Part shown: positions 36,961 through 49,440 of the stretch, piece after piece
How positions within the stretch are numbered: position 1 is the first letter of the stretch
Layout: every line of letters starts with the position of its first letter
Source: Eledone cirrhosa
Lineage: Eukaryota
DNA: 64,000 bases
Assembly: GCA_964016885.1 (NCBI GenBank)
Contig: OZ024745.1
Coordinates: 115,072,001-115,136,000, forward strand
Reading direction: 5' to 3'
The notes under the pieces: generated by a model
Told to the model about the DNA's origin: nothing
Database searches by the model: none
The model's input: only the letters and a program-made list of their open reading frames with translations
Translations under genes and position numbers: made by a program

Positions 36961-39367
36961 TCTAAAAAGATCCACAGAGTTAAGCAATCACCTATGAATT
37001 TGAAGTAATATTAGTTGATGTATAAATACTTTTTACACACTCCTATGCACATAACAACTCTGCCATTTACCTCTCTGAATTCTTTCCTAAAATTGAATCC
37101 TTCACCCACAACTTTTATCCATTTTCATTTTTATTGAATTGACATGCAGCAAGGGGTTATGTTTATGGTGTTCATATGAATATATAGTAAATAACCTTGT
37201 CTCATTCAACAGCTTCAAAACACAGTATATTTATTGTAAAAGATCTACCAACTATTAATAAAATGTTTGAGAACATGGCGGTTACAAAAAGATTCAACAA
37301 CAGAACTTCCTAGCTGCTTTACAGCTTCCATTGCTTCCCATTTTTTTAAATATTTTTTTTTAATGCTTATTTTGCTTGCTGCTGGCCTTCCTTATTTACA
37401 TTTTTTGTTTTATTTATTTTTTAAACTTTATTTTTAATTTGATATTCATTTATAACTGTATATCTTGTTTTTCTTTGTTTCTCAACTGTAAAAAGTACTA
37501 AATACATCTAGTCTGTCATGGCTTACTAGCTCTAAATGGATGTTTAAATTGATTAAATAAATACTCACGAATAACACATAATTCTTTACAAATGCTTCAC
37601 TTCACAACTCTGATGATCTTTCATGGTAACTTCATATTTATAACATGATCAAAACATCACCCTAAAAACTAACTCTTTTTTTCAGTACCAGAAAATGTTT
37701 CAAGAGTTAGGGGCTCACATTAGAATACTATTTATATAAATGAAACAGTGTAGGTGAATGTGTCACATAACAAGATAGAGGACTATAATACAGGACATTT
37801 CAAAAGGGTTAACAATAAGCATGAAAATTCTAAAGGAAAGTCTTCATTCATAATTGTTTCTACTTTTGGCACAAGGCCAGCAATTACCCAGTGCATTACT
37901 GGTACTTTATTTTATCGACCCCGTAAGGATGAAAGGCAAAGTTAACCTCGGCGGGATTTGAACTCAGAATGGCAAGGGCCGTAACTCTATGTGTCAAAGC
38001 ATGGCATCCGACCCTGACCTCTAAAACAGTGGCAATGTCCTCTGGAGAGCAGTAGTACCCTACACTCAGTTTAGAATTCAATAAATTAATCTATTTCGAT
38101 AACCTTTTACTGACTTTTGATTTCTTTCCTAGAAACAAGTTCAATTGTTGATGTAACTCCAGAATATTACTGGTATTATAAATTCATAGAACGATGAAAC
38201 TCAAAATTGTTTTTGGTGGGATTCAGAACCAAATTGTATTATGAAAAATAAATACTGTAATACATTTAGTTTCCTTCTTTCTATCTCCCCATTCCTACCA
38301 CTTAAACTGACAACAATAGCAACCAGCAGCCAAATATCCTCAAAATGACACCTTACCTTCCCTCTTAAATAAAGGTGGATTCACTGAAAAATTTAGTCCC
38401 TGCTATACAAAAAAGAAGGACTGGAATACTTTGATTATTGATCTGCTTAGGGCAGTAGATTGGCAGTATTGGTAGAGAATTGGACAACATGCTTTGCAGT
38501 ATATAAGTATGACCCTTTATATTCTGAGTTCAAATCTCGCTGAGGTCAGCTTTGCTTTTCATCCTTATGGGGTCAATAAAATAAAACACCAGTAATACAC
38601 TAGGGTCAATTTAATTGACTTTCCCTTGAAAGCACTGTGGATTGGCAGTATTGTTAGAGGGTTGAACGCCATACTTTGCAGCATAGAGTTACGGCCCTTT
38701 ACAGTCTGAGTTCAAATCTCGCCGAGGTTAACTTTGCCTTTCCTCCTTACGGGGACGATAAAATAAATCACCAGTAATGTACTGGGATAATTGATGGCCT
38801 TGTGCCTAAAGTAGAAACAATTATTAGTCTGCTTGTTCAGGGCTGATCTGGGGTTAAACAACAATTGGCTAAAAATGATCTTGTACAACACTATAGATAT
38901 ATTCATAGCTATTTTACTGATACTCATCATTACAAATACAGAAGAAACCTCAATGCAGTCACCTTCCCTGTTAAAAGTAGCAACTAGATCTTCCTCAAAT
39001 GACACACTACTCTCTTAAAAATGATGGGATGATCACGACTAGAATACCTTTGGTCATATGTTTACTATGTATATAAATGCTAACCTACAGCTAAACAATA
39101 ACAATAACAAGAACAACTCCAGAAGGAAGAACCACAAAGATGAACCTCAGTGTGACTTTAATTCAGTACATTAACCTATGATAAATATATATACATATAA
39201 TAATATATGTTATTGTATAAACATTAAAAACTACACAGTAATAACAACATAGAATGTGATTAGAAGATGTGAAGTGGATAAAAGAGATATTCTCCTGTAT
39301 TCTTGTTAAGCTATTATTTCTTTCTAGATTTTCAACAGACTGTGTATTAGCATTCCTGACTGACACA

Positions 39368-39420
<53 letters not shown>

Positions 39421-39424
<4 letters not shown>

Positions 39425-39631
39425 ATAATAATAAATTTGAAGACTAAAATCCAAAGAGGGCTTGATAAGGATAAATATATATCAAATATATAAAAAACGT
39501 AGAGCAAATATTTATTAAAATAACAGATTAAAGTTTAAGCAAAGAATCGCTGCTTTCACCCTTAATGGGTTCTTCTGAAACTAAACAGAAGATCCTGTTA
39601 AGGGTGAAAGCAGCGATTCTTTAACCTGTTA

Positions 39632-39638
<7 letters not shown>
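39421..39638 (-). mobile_element. Penelope-like fold-back element, family A
   Basis: Tail plus hammerhead on the minus strand, strand flip at about 39585, arm ends TGTTATTTTAATA at (TA)n. Confidence 0.8.
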
Positions 39639-39709
<71 letters not shown>

Positions 39710-42214
39710 TATATAAATATATACATATATATATATTATATAAATATATATATATATAAATATATATATATTGCTAGTAGGGGAAAAAATCTGTTAAATA
39801 ATGATAATATATATATATGTATATGTAGCAAGTGAGAATGAGAACAAAAGAGAGGAAGCAAGTGGGAGAGAGAGATGATTACATGTTTTTCTTTTTCTTC
39901 TAATTGAGCTGATACAGCATACAATGCAGTGAATCTATATGTATCGTCCATAGTCTGCTGCAAGTATAGACCATTAGAAGTAGGCAAAAACATAATACAT
40001 TTTCTGAAGTGTCCAAATCAATCTTGATAATAGAAGGTTTGGCATTTCCAGTCATTGATAGTATATTTAGAACTTATTACACGGAATGTGTTTTTTATTT
40101 CCTACCCTTTTTTTGTATCACAATTATCCCCCCGCCCTTTCTCATACTTTTCCATATTTTCTTATAAGTTGGATAGGTTTATAAAACTAAGAAATCAAAA
40201 GTGTTTTTTTGTTAGATTACCTCAAAGCATCTATTAAAGTGAGGTATATTAAGACAAGTTGAATGGGGATGTTTTGTTATAATGAGCATTCTATAAATAT
40301 ACTTCTATTTTTTTTTATCTGTATTTATAAAATTAATATACTGTTATTTAAGTAGAATTGGCAAAGTCACTAGAGTTTAGGATTAAATACCTTATAGAAT
40401 TTGTTCTCGTTCTCTACACTCTGAGTTAAAATATTTCTGAGGTAAACTTGTCTTTTCATCCTTTTGCATATATTTATTTATGTAGTATAACAATCCATAA
40501 ACCAGACACATCCCTTTCGGTCATTTAGAATGATAGACACATATGAACACATTTATGTACATAGACATATGAAAATAAAAGTGTATGCAATCACACATTT
40601 ATATGAATGTATCAAAAGCAGTGGATTGAAAAAAATTGTTAGAGCATCATACTTGATGTTGTATGATATCTGTTAAAGTCCTGTACATTTTGAGTTCATT
40701 TTGTACCTCCTGGTACCAGAAAAATAGTGATATAATAGTGATATAATAACTGGTGCCCTTATCATGAAAACACCCAAGAAACCTCTTATAAGACACAACC
40801 CAATAGGAAGCTAGTGAAACCTGTACAGGTGTGATCTGTAATAACAACATTTAAACATAATATTTATATCATAAAACTATGTTCAAGTTAACTTTTACAT
40901 ATTCCAGTAAATATTCTATAAATTTGATGTACTGATTAGTGTTCTACCTAATCAAGGTAGGACTTATAACCATTTTAGAATTTGATGTAGTGTTGATGTT
41001 GATGTGAATATCCCATCAAAACAAAGTGAAATCAGTTTTTTGTGGAAAGATGGTATATATCGAGTCAGATGTATAATGTTAACCCTTTAGCTTTTACATT
41101 ACTCTATATATTGTATTTTAATGGTAAGGGCTTTACATAATTATCTAACATAACATTGAATCTGAGATTTTGATGATATTTATTTTGAGAACAATATCTT
41201 AACGTTAGTAAGAGTGGCCAGTTACGGCCAGTTTGAACCAGAAAGAGGTGAGAGAATTCTGGCTGGATACAGCTGGTTTAAAGAAAAAAAATGGAAACAA
41301 GGGGACGGAGTTAAATAATCCATTGTTTTACAAGTGTTTCAAAGTGCAAAATTATTGTGCAGACCAATAGATGGCAGTTATTCAACCCCATACCATTAAC
41401 CTGGTGTCAATATCAAATTGATCTACATATCGATAATTTTGCTCTCTGAAATAAACATAAAACAACAAAGTAATTAACTACTTCACTATGTCTTATTCTT
41501 TCATTGTGTAACTTTCTACAAATTTAATGTATATGAATCCAATCCAATCCAAAGCCTTCTCATTCCTGTTGGAGGAGCCCCTCCCTGGTTGACCTCCACA
41601 GCTTCCTGTTTGGTTTTGATCATGTCAAGGGTGTAACCATACTCACCACATTTGACCAATTGTGGATTGGTGAGGCTATTTAACCCATAGTTGGGGTGAA
41701 TAGCCATTAACTCTGAGGAGTTCATCTTCTCTTTTAACAACTCTTGTTTTTTGTGCTGCTGGAGTTCCACTTACCCCTCTCACCAGACCAGGGTCTGGTG
41801 GTGAAACTGGTTTAATCACTGACCACTTGACTATGAATACATGTAAGAAAATAGATTAAACTGATATCTTTAATTTCTCATACCATAAACATACCAAACA
41901 TCTTAAACCTATTTCAATAGAAATCAATCTATTGTTTATCTTTATTGGTTTATTCTAGAGGAGGGGATGTGTCCATAGCTATCACAAACACTTTAGGATA
42001 TGCTTACTGTTTTTCTTAAATTGTTGCAAATTAATTGCTGTAGAAAAAACAACTCAAGCTAGTCTATACAAACCAGATTTGATTGGATTTCCTCTGTATT
42101 ATTATTGTATTGTATTTGCTATTTATAATAAGTGGGGAACTCTTCTACTATAAGCCAGTACACATGAGCATAGAACTTTCACATAAATCTACTGCTAGTA
42201 ATTAACACCTTTAA

Positions 42215-42441
42215 CCCTTTAGCATTTACATTACTCTATATATACGATTGTATTTTTGTGGTAAAGCTTTATCTCACACAATATTGAATCTATGAGATTT
42301 TGATATTATTTATTTTGAGAACAATAACTTAATGTATGAGTGGCCAGTTATGGCCACTTGGAACAGAAAGGATATGGCCTATTTAAACAGAAAGAGGTGA
42401 GAGAATTCTGGCCCGATATGGCCGGTTTAAAAGCTAAAGGG
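42215..42441. mobile_element. TTAA-flanked piggyBac-type MITE
   Basis: TTAA-CCCTTTAGC...GCTAAAGGG-TTAA; partial copies at 41083-41282 and 33445-33562. Confidence 0.8.
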
Positions 42442-42729
42442 TTAATACCAATCCATCCAAAACGACTTCTAGTTCTATGGAACAAAACCCCCAATTTTAA
42501 AGGGTTTCTATTAAAATTAAAACCTTCCAACATAATTTTATTTTGTTAATCATGCATAGAGTCTCCTTTAATGGCTTGAATATCAGAAGCAAAATTCAAG
42601 ATGTATTATTTTTTTCTTTCTGATGAAATTAAAGATGGAGAGGAAGTGTTCAGTTAAGACTGTGTAACAAAATAGTAGACTCTTGTTTTTCACTCATCTA
42701 TTGAGATCTGTTTCTGATGGCACCAAAAA

Positions 42730-42816
42730 CATGGTCATACCTTTGATAGATTATAATCTATCAAAGGTATGACCATGCTCTACCAATTCTGATAATTATC
42801 AGAATTGGTAGAGCAT
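42730..42816. repeat. Two overlapping perfect spacer-less palindromes (48 bp and 42 bp)
   Basis: 42730-42777 and 42775-42816, checked base by base. Confidence 0.95.
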
Positions 42817-44947
42817 TGGGTAAAATACCATTGCAATATTTGTTCTGGCTCTTTACGTTGTGTGTTCAAATCCTATCGAGGTTAACTTTGCTTTTCATCC
42901 TTCTGGGGTCGATATGAATAAATTACCAATTAAGTTCTGATATTTATTTAATCAACTTTGTCCTTCAAACATTTGCTGGCCTTGTACTTAAATTAGAAAT
43001 CAATATCTGAGTCATCAAAACTATGTTATTACCTCTGGTTGGCAGCCAAAATGAGGGGATATAGCAGCATCTATATTTCTCTGTTTTATGATACTGAGAA
43101 ACAAAGTACAACTTTACATATGTTAGACACACCTGGTTAAAAAATCGATTATATACTGCCTATACTGGTAATATAATTATAACTCGGTCACTCTGGAAAC
43201 AAACAAAGCCATTGTAGTTTAGCTTGGAAATTGCCCTATACATCTATTTCTTTCAATGTCAATATTGTGTGTAGGATAGGCAGTGAATTGGCAGAGTTGT
43301 TAGAACGCCATATAGAATGATTTGCCGTATTCGTTTTGGTTCTCTACTCTGAGTTCAAAACTCACCAAGGTCAACTTTACCTTTCATCCTTTCAAGTTCG
43401 ATAAAAAGGCAAAAGTCCTGTACATTGGTTGACTATTCCTCTATATCTCTTTCTGTCACTCTTTCTCTCTCCTTCTCTAGAAGAAATCAGCCAGTTTCAG
43501 AGGTGAAGACGGGATGGGTTCTGCAAGGTTTAAAATGCTTAAATAATTCTGTATGTCACTAGGGCACCCCTATGACTCCTTTAGGAGTTACAGGTTCATA
43601 CATATATTGTGCATAGAGTTCTGAAAATTGATTTGTTTTAATATGTTGTTAATGTTGTTACTTAACTCCAGGTCAGCCCTGATCAAACAGATCTGTGACC
43701 AAAGGTATTCCAGCTGGGACAATCTAATTTTTTAATTCATAGTTTATCAGAACTATATTACTCAATATATACTCCATTTGTGTCTGATTTTAGAGTTTTA
43801 GAGTGGTTTTGCAGTTATTTCTAGCAGCTTGAGTGACCATATAGAGATTCCCATTTTTGCTCATATGATGATACCCTTTCATATTTTTATGAAATATCGA
43901 AAGAAATATTTTGCAGCTGTTTCTAATGCTTGGAATTCTTCCTTAGCTTCTTAGTTCTGTATTGGTTCTTAGTTTGTCATTATCATTATTAATTAGCAGT
44001 ATCAGTAGGGTGTCAGGCAACGTTTTGTGAAATGAAGTTACGGCCCTTTACGTTCTAAGTTAAAATCCCTCCAAGGTGAGCTTTACCTTTCATCCTCACA
44101 GGGTTGATAAAACAAAACATCAGTAACACAATGGGTCGATTTAATTGACTTTCCCCGTCCCCCAAACTGTTGGCCTTGTGCCTAAATCAGGAACCATTAT
44201 TATCATCATTACTTTATGTCCATTTTTCCAGTGTTTTGCAGCTGAATGTCCTTCCTCTCACCAACCCTTATAATTTCCACTTACAACACAACATTTATCA
44301 GTGGGAACAATTTGCCAGTAATGATTGTAAGACCTTTAGAGTACCTTTGCTCTTGTTAGCAAAAAAATATTTTATCCTTCCCATACTAATTAATACAATA
44401 TTTTTTTTTTACTTTTCTAAATTCACTTTTACTTTTTCCTTTCTATACACCTTGTTCTCTTCTTTCTCATATCTAATCCTACTACATCATTAAATGGTGC
44501 AGATGAGTGATCAATTATACAGTGTATTACTGTGAGAAAATAGGCAGCACAATAGACCACATGGAAAAGTTATCTATGATAGACATACAAGCTATCCCAT
44601 AGATGATGAACACAACCACAAGGATGTGGTCCGAATGTGGAAGAGCCAAACTCCCACTGTCATCGCCTCCATCTCTCTCACCCTTCCCATCTCTCTGTAT
44701 GGTGAGCAAGTGGGCTCCCATGTGCTGGCCTCCCCACAGCCCTGGTGAACAGAATGGAGAAGGCATTTCCCTGGAGGATGGTAAGGGAGATGTGCTGGAA
44801 GAGCCATTCCAACTCACGAGGCTGACACCTGCAGCTGGTCAGCTCAGCGCCTATGGTGGTGAGTTGGGCGGTAACCCTAGAGCCAAAGACACCGGAAGGC
44901 TCCACTGCCAAGGGCATGACCGTAAACCTGTTGGAGAGCAACAGGTG

Positions 44948-45067
44948 CTGTCAGAGAGCGACCGGTACTGTCGGAGAGTGACCGGTACTATCGGATAGCG
45001 ACCAGTACTGTCGGAGAGCGACCAGTACTGTCGGAGAGCGACTGGTACTGTCGGAGCAACCGGTACT
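44948..45067. repeat. 20-bp minisatellite (GTCGGAGAGCGACCRGTACT), about 6 copies
   Basis: Direct reading. Confidence 0.9.
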
Positions 45068-45130
45068 TGATGATTAATTTTGGTAATATATTAGGAATAC
45101 ATTATAATATAAATTAAATGCCTTTTATAA

Positions 45131-45512
45131 TGAAGGCACATGGCTTAGTGGTTAGAGCATTGGTCTTGCAATCGAAAGGTTGTGAGTCTCAGACCGGGTG
45201 ATGTGTTGTTTCCTTGAGCAAGACACTTTATTTCACATTGCTCCAGTTTACTCAGCTGTAGAAATGAGATGATAGGGACTGGAGTCCTTATCATTCCACT
45301 GCAAGGTGGTCGTGGAGGTGCCACAGCAGAAAAGCATCCAGCCCACACTGTAGAGTGGACGTGTAGGAGCCACAGAAAAAAGCACCCAACACTCACTGTA
45401 AATGAGGTTGGTGTTAGGAAGGGCATCCAACTGTAGAAATAAATCCAGAATCAGTTCCCACCCTTGCAAGCAGGGAAAAGTGGACATAAAATGAAATGAT
45501 GATGATGATGAT
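45131..45512 (+). mobile_element. SINE family 1, near full length (two-module form)
   Basis: tRNA-like head, body, (GAT)n tail. Confidence 0.88.
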
Positions 45513-47057
45513 GAATGGATAGATTGAAATATTGACTTTGAAAATGGATATCTGTAATGTTATATAGATAAACCATGCTGACAATAAAAGAATATGATGG
45601 GGATGGGATAATACTAGAGTGCTAGACTATATGACTTACCATAATTGGAATAATTCTTCTACATCTCAGTTCAAAGAATGTAAGAGATGACTATGCTATT
45701 CTCTTCATTTATCTAAGGTCAATAAAGTGATTTTTTTTACATTTTAGTCTGAGGAGAAGAGGCAGTGCTTATAGCTTTTGTAGACTCTCCCATTTCTAGT
45801 AATGTACTAGGAATAATTAAATTGACTATACCCCTTACCTAGAAATTTGTGGCCTTGAGCCAAAGATATAAATCAATATTACCAATATAAAAGGAATACT
45901 AGTTAGTTCTATATGGATGAAAAATATTGGCAACAAATGAAGAATAATGATATATTGACTTCAAATGTCAATAGAATTCTGCATGACTGATCTAAGACGA
46001 GTTATTACATTGGTTTATTCATATTTAAATATAAACCAATCTGTGAGGGTTTTACTGTTGTCTGTCTGTAGATACTTTTCAAAAAGACTTTAAGATGTCT
46101 TTATAACAAATGATGCTAATGGTTAATGTTTCTTCTTGCTTTTTTCTATGACTGTCTTGGAGCACGTACCATTTGAAAACAATCTCAGAATAGTTATATT
46201 AGACCATGGTACTACTTCTAGAAATGTAAAGATATTTCTATGAAAGAAGAGAATTTTCTGATTACCATTTTCCCATACTCTTAATTTCAGAAAGAAGTGA
46301 TAGTAAGTAACTATTTGTGAGGATGTTTTATCAAAGGAATATTTATTTGTTTCCATAGTTTAGAGGACATGTTTAAAACGATTGTGTCCACTTTTGTTTA
46401 ACATCTTCAAAAAGATCTTAAATAAAAATGTAATGGTTGCCTTTAGACATCACATAGAATTTAGCTATCAGGAGTTCTTGTTATGTTTAAACTAATAATG
46501 TCCTTTGATTATGTTGGTAGTTTAGAACAGGAAATTCAATGCTATCAAATTAAAAGCTGGATGAAGCATCGTTAATCCACTAAACCTCTAAGACAGAATT
46601 CTACCATACTATAAAGAAGAAAAAGACAGAAAATTGACATTGTTTAAAGTTCTAGGAAATGTTGGTCAAAGCAGAATGTCAGTAAACTATCGAATATACA
46701 TCATGAAGGGAATTCATTAATTATTTCTTATTGAATAAAGAGATTTCCTTATTTAATTTCCAGTTCAAAGTATATTGCCTCAGGGAATTCTGATAAAACG
46801 TTTTTATTTGTTTCCTTTGTGATTTATGGCTGGGTTAAATGATTGTGGTGTTGGATACAATGTAAAAACAAAGCAGAATGATTTGTTAGGATTTCATTGT
46901 AAAAAAGTGTTAGTGTCATTTATAGGTGGTATATGCAAGTATTGTATATGGCTCTAGGAATTGTATAATCCTTTTCTGAATTAGGAAGATCTCTGAGGAT
47001 GGTGCTTATCTGTGATTTTCATAGTATTCACTCGTTCATTACTATATATATATATTT

Positions 47058-47402
47058 ATGGAGGCACATGACTTACTGGTTAGAGCCTTGGCCTTGCAAT
47101 CGAAAGGTTGTGAGTTCAATTCTCAGACCGGGTGATGTGTTGTTTCCTTGAACAAGACACTTTATTTTCACATTGCTCCAGTTTACTCAGCTGTAGAAAT
47201 GAGATGATAGGACTGGGGTCCCTATCATTCCACTGCAAAGTGGTTGTGGAGGTTCCACGGCAAAAAGCACCCAGCACTCACTGTAAATGAGGTTGGTGTT
47301 AAGAAGGACATCCAGCTGTAGAAATCAAGCCAGAATCAGTTCCCGTCCCACCCTTGCAAGCAGGGAAAAATCGGACGTAAAAATGAAATGAAATGAAAAT
47401 GA
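47058..47402 (+). mobile_element. SINE family 1, full length (one-module form)
   Basis: A and B boxes, (ATGAA)n tail. Confidence 0.88.
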
Positions 47403-47427
47403 TATATATACACATATATATGTGTGT

Positions 47428-47612
47428 GAGTCCTGGGTTCAGTTGGGGGTAACCACAATTAGTGAGGTACTCAATACATTAGTAGGGTGTAAATATCATC
47501 TTTAATATAGAAATGGCTTCTACAGGACTAGAAGTGCTTCATTCAAAGAAATCACGAGGAAAACTTTCCTGATGATTTCTTTTGAATGAAACTGTTCTAA
47601 ATCTGTAGAAGA
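47428..47612 (-). mobile_element. Family D fold-back element (older)
   Basis: Inverted arms around 47565; CTGATGA...GAAAC in the right arm. Confidence 0.65.
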
Positions 47613-47899
47613 CTCTTGAGTCCAATAAGACAACCTCTCTTGTGTGGTGGCATGAATAATGCACCCAGTCCATACTGTAAAATGGTTGGTGATAGGAAGT
47701 GTATCCAGCCAGAAATACCCTACCAAAAATATGACAAGCATGTCAAATATGATTCTTACTAATTGTGTATAATGAGCTAGTCATGTTTGTACTGCTCATG
47801 GTAGTGGGGTGGCTAGAGTAGTCATATGCAAGAACTCCTCAACCACCATAAAGCAATCATATAACCTTCTTCCTTTTCAGTTACATAAAAGTTCTACTC

Positions 47900-49440
47900 A
47901 AAGAAGTAACAACAACTGTCAAGGTACAAATATCAGGACTGCCACTCTCAATCTAGGCACCCTGAAAGGTAAATCAGGTGAAATTGTGGAACTGGTAGAG
48001 AGACGAGATGGGTAGGAAATGATGATGTGGTAGGAGTAGGAGGTGAATGCATTTTACTAGCTGAGTAATGTATAGCTAAAGTGATAGAAGTAGTTAGAGT
48101 AAGTGACAGAATCATCAAGCTTAGAATAGCTGTAGGAAATAGAACGGTGACAATTACATCTATTTATGCTCCACAGACAGAACTTAGTAAAGACCAAAAG
48201 GACAGGTTATATGAAGAACTTTTATATACAACTTTAGGTACTAATAAAAGAGACCTCACATCCTGGCAGGTGACTTCAATGGACATATGGGGCAGTACCA
48301 GGATGGATTCTGTGGAGTTTATGGCAGCTATGTTTATGGCTCAAGAAATGAAGAGGGATCGAGGCTCCTGCAATTCTGTTATGCATATGAACTAACCATT
48401 GCAACATAAATTTCAGGAAACTAGCCAGCTAGCTGATTTCATATCAGTCAGGTGAATACACAAGCCAAATTGATTACTAACTCGTAAGATGAGATAAAAG
48501 AACTAGAAAATAAGTTCTGACTATCGAAACAGAATTTGGAATCAAAAGGTCTGAGAGTAAACTTAGCCAAAACTAAAGTGCTAGTGAGTAGGAAAGAAGA
48601 TAAGACCTTGATCCTTTCAGGGAAGGAGCCATGCTCTATATGTAGAAAAGGAGTAGGCATAAACTCTATAAGGTGTACTCAGTGTAAATATTGGCTACAC
48701 AAGAGATGTAGTGGGTTAAACAGGTAGAATAACAGGAAAATAAGACTTTGTATGTAGTAAATGCACAGGAGTAATTGAGTGATATAAACCTCTTCAAGTC
48801 ACAGGAAGGGTCTATAGAATTGGTTGGTATCTTCTGCTATCTAGGTGACTTAATTAGCAGCAGAAAAGGGTGCTCTGAGAGTATAATAGCAGGGAATAAG
48901 GAAAGGATGGAAGAAGTTTAGAGAACTACTCCCTACTGTTGACAACAAAAAGTTTCTCCCTATGTACAAAAGGATGACTGTATGATGCCTGTGTTTGAAG
49001 TGCAATGCTGCATCATAGTGAAAAATGGGCAGCAACTGCAGATGCCATGTATAGACTTGAGAGAAATGAAGCAGTCACGCTTCATTGCACGTGCAATGTA
49101 TATGTGAGAGAAAAGCAGAGCTTGGATGAACTGAGGGTGAAGCTGGATTTAAGAGGAATCCGAGGTAGTGTGCAGGAGAGAAGAGTGCATTGGTACAGAC
49201 TTGTGATGTGCATGGATGATGATTAATGGGTGAAGAAGTACCAGTAAATGCATGTGGAAGGAAGCTGCAGTAGTGGTAGGCTAAGAAAGACCTGGGCAAA
49301 GGTGGTGAGAGCTGACTTTGAATCACTGAGACTCACTGAGATGATGAAGAAACGTGGTGAGTGGATGAGATATTGTGCTGAGAAGGACCCATCCAACCCA
49401 TGCAATTTTGGGAAAGTAGATGTAAAGACGATGATGATGA
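47900..49440 (+). mobile_element. RTE family A, internally deleted (APE plus RT remnants)
   Basis: TLNLGTLKGKSGE, SIYAPQ, ESKGLRVNLAKTKV, CSICRKG..HKRC; (GAT)n tail. Confidence 0.88.

Noticed and set aside
44603-44998. 131-aa ORF
   Set aside because: No recognisable domain; runs into a minisatellite and looks like a decayed LINE 5' region.
47058-47130. tRNA-like sequence with A and B boxes
   Set aside because: Head of a SINE repeated many times; no complete cloverleaf.
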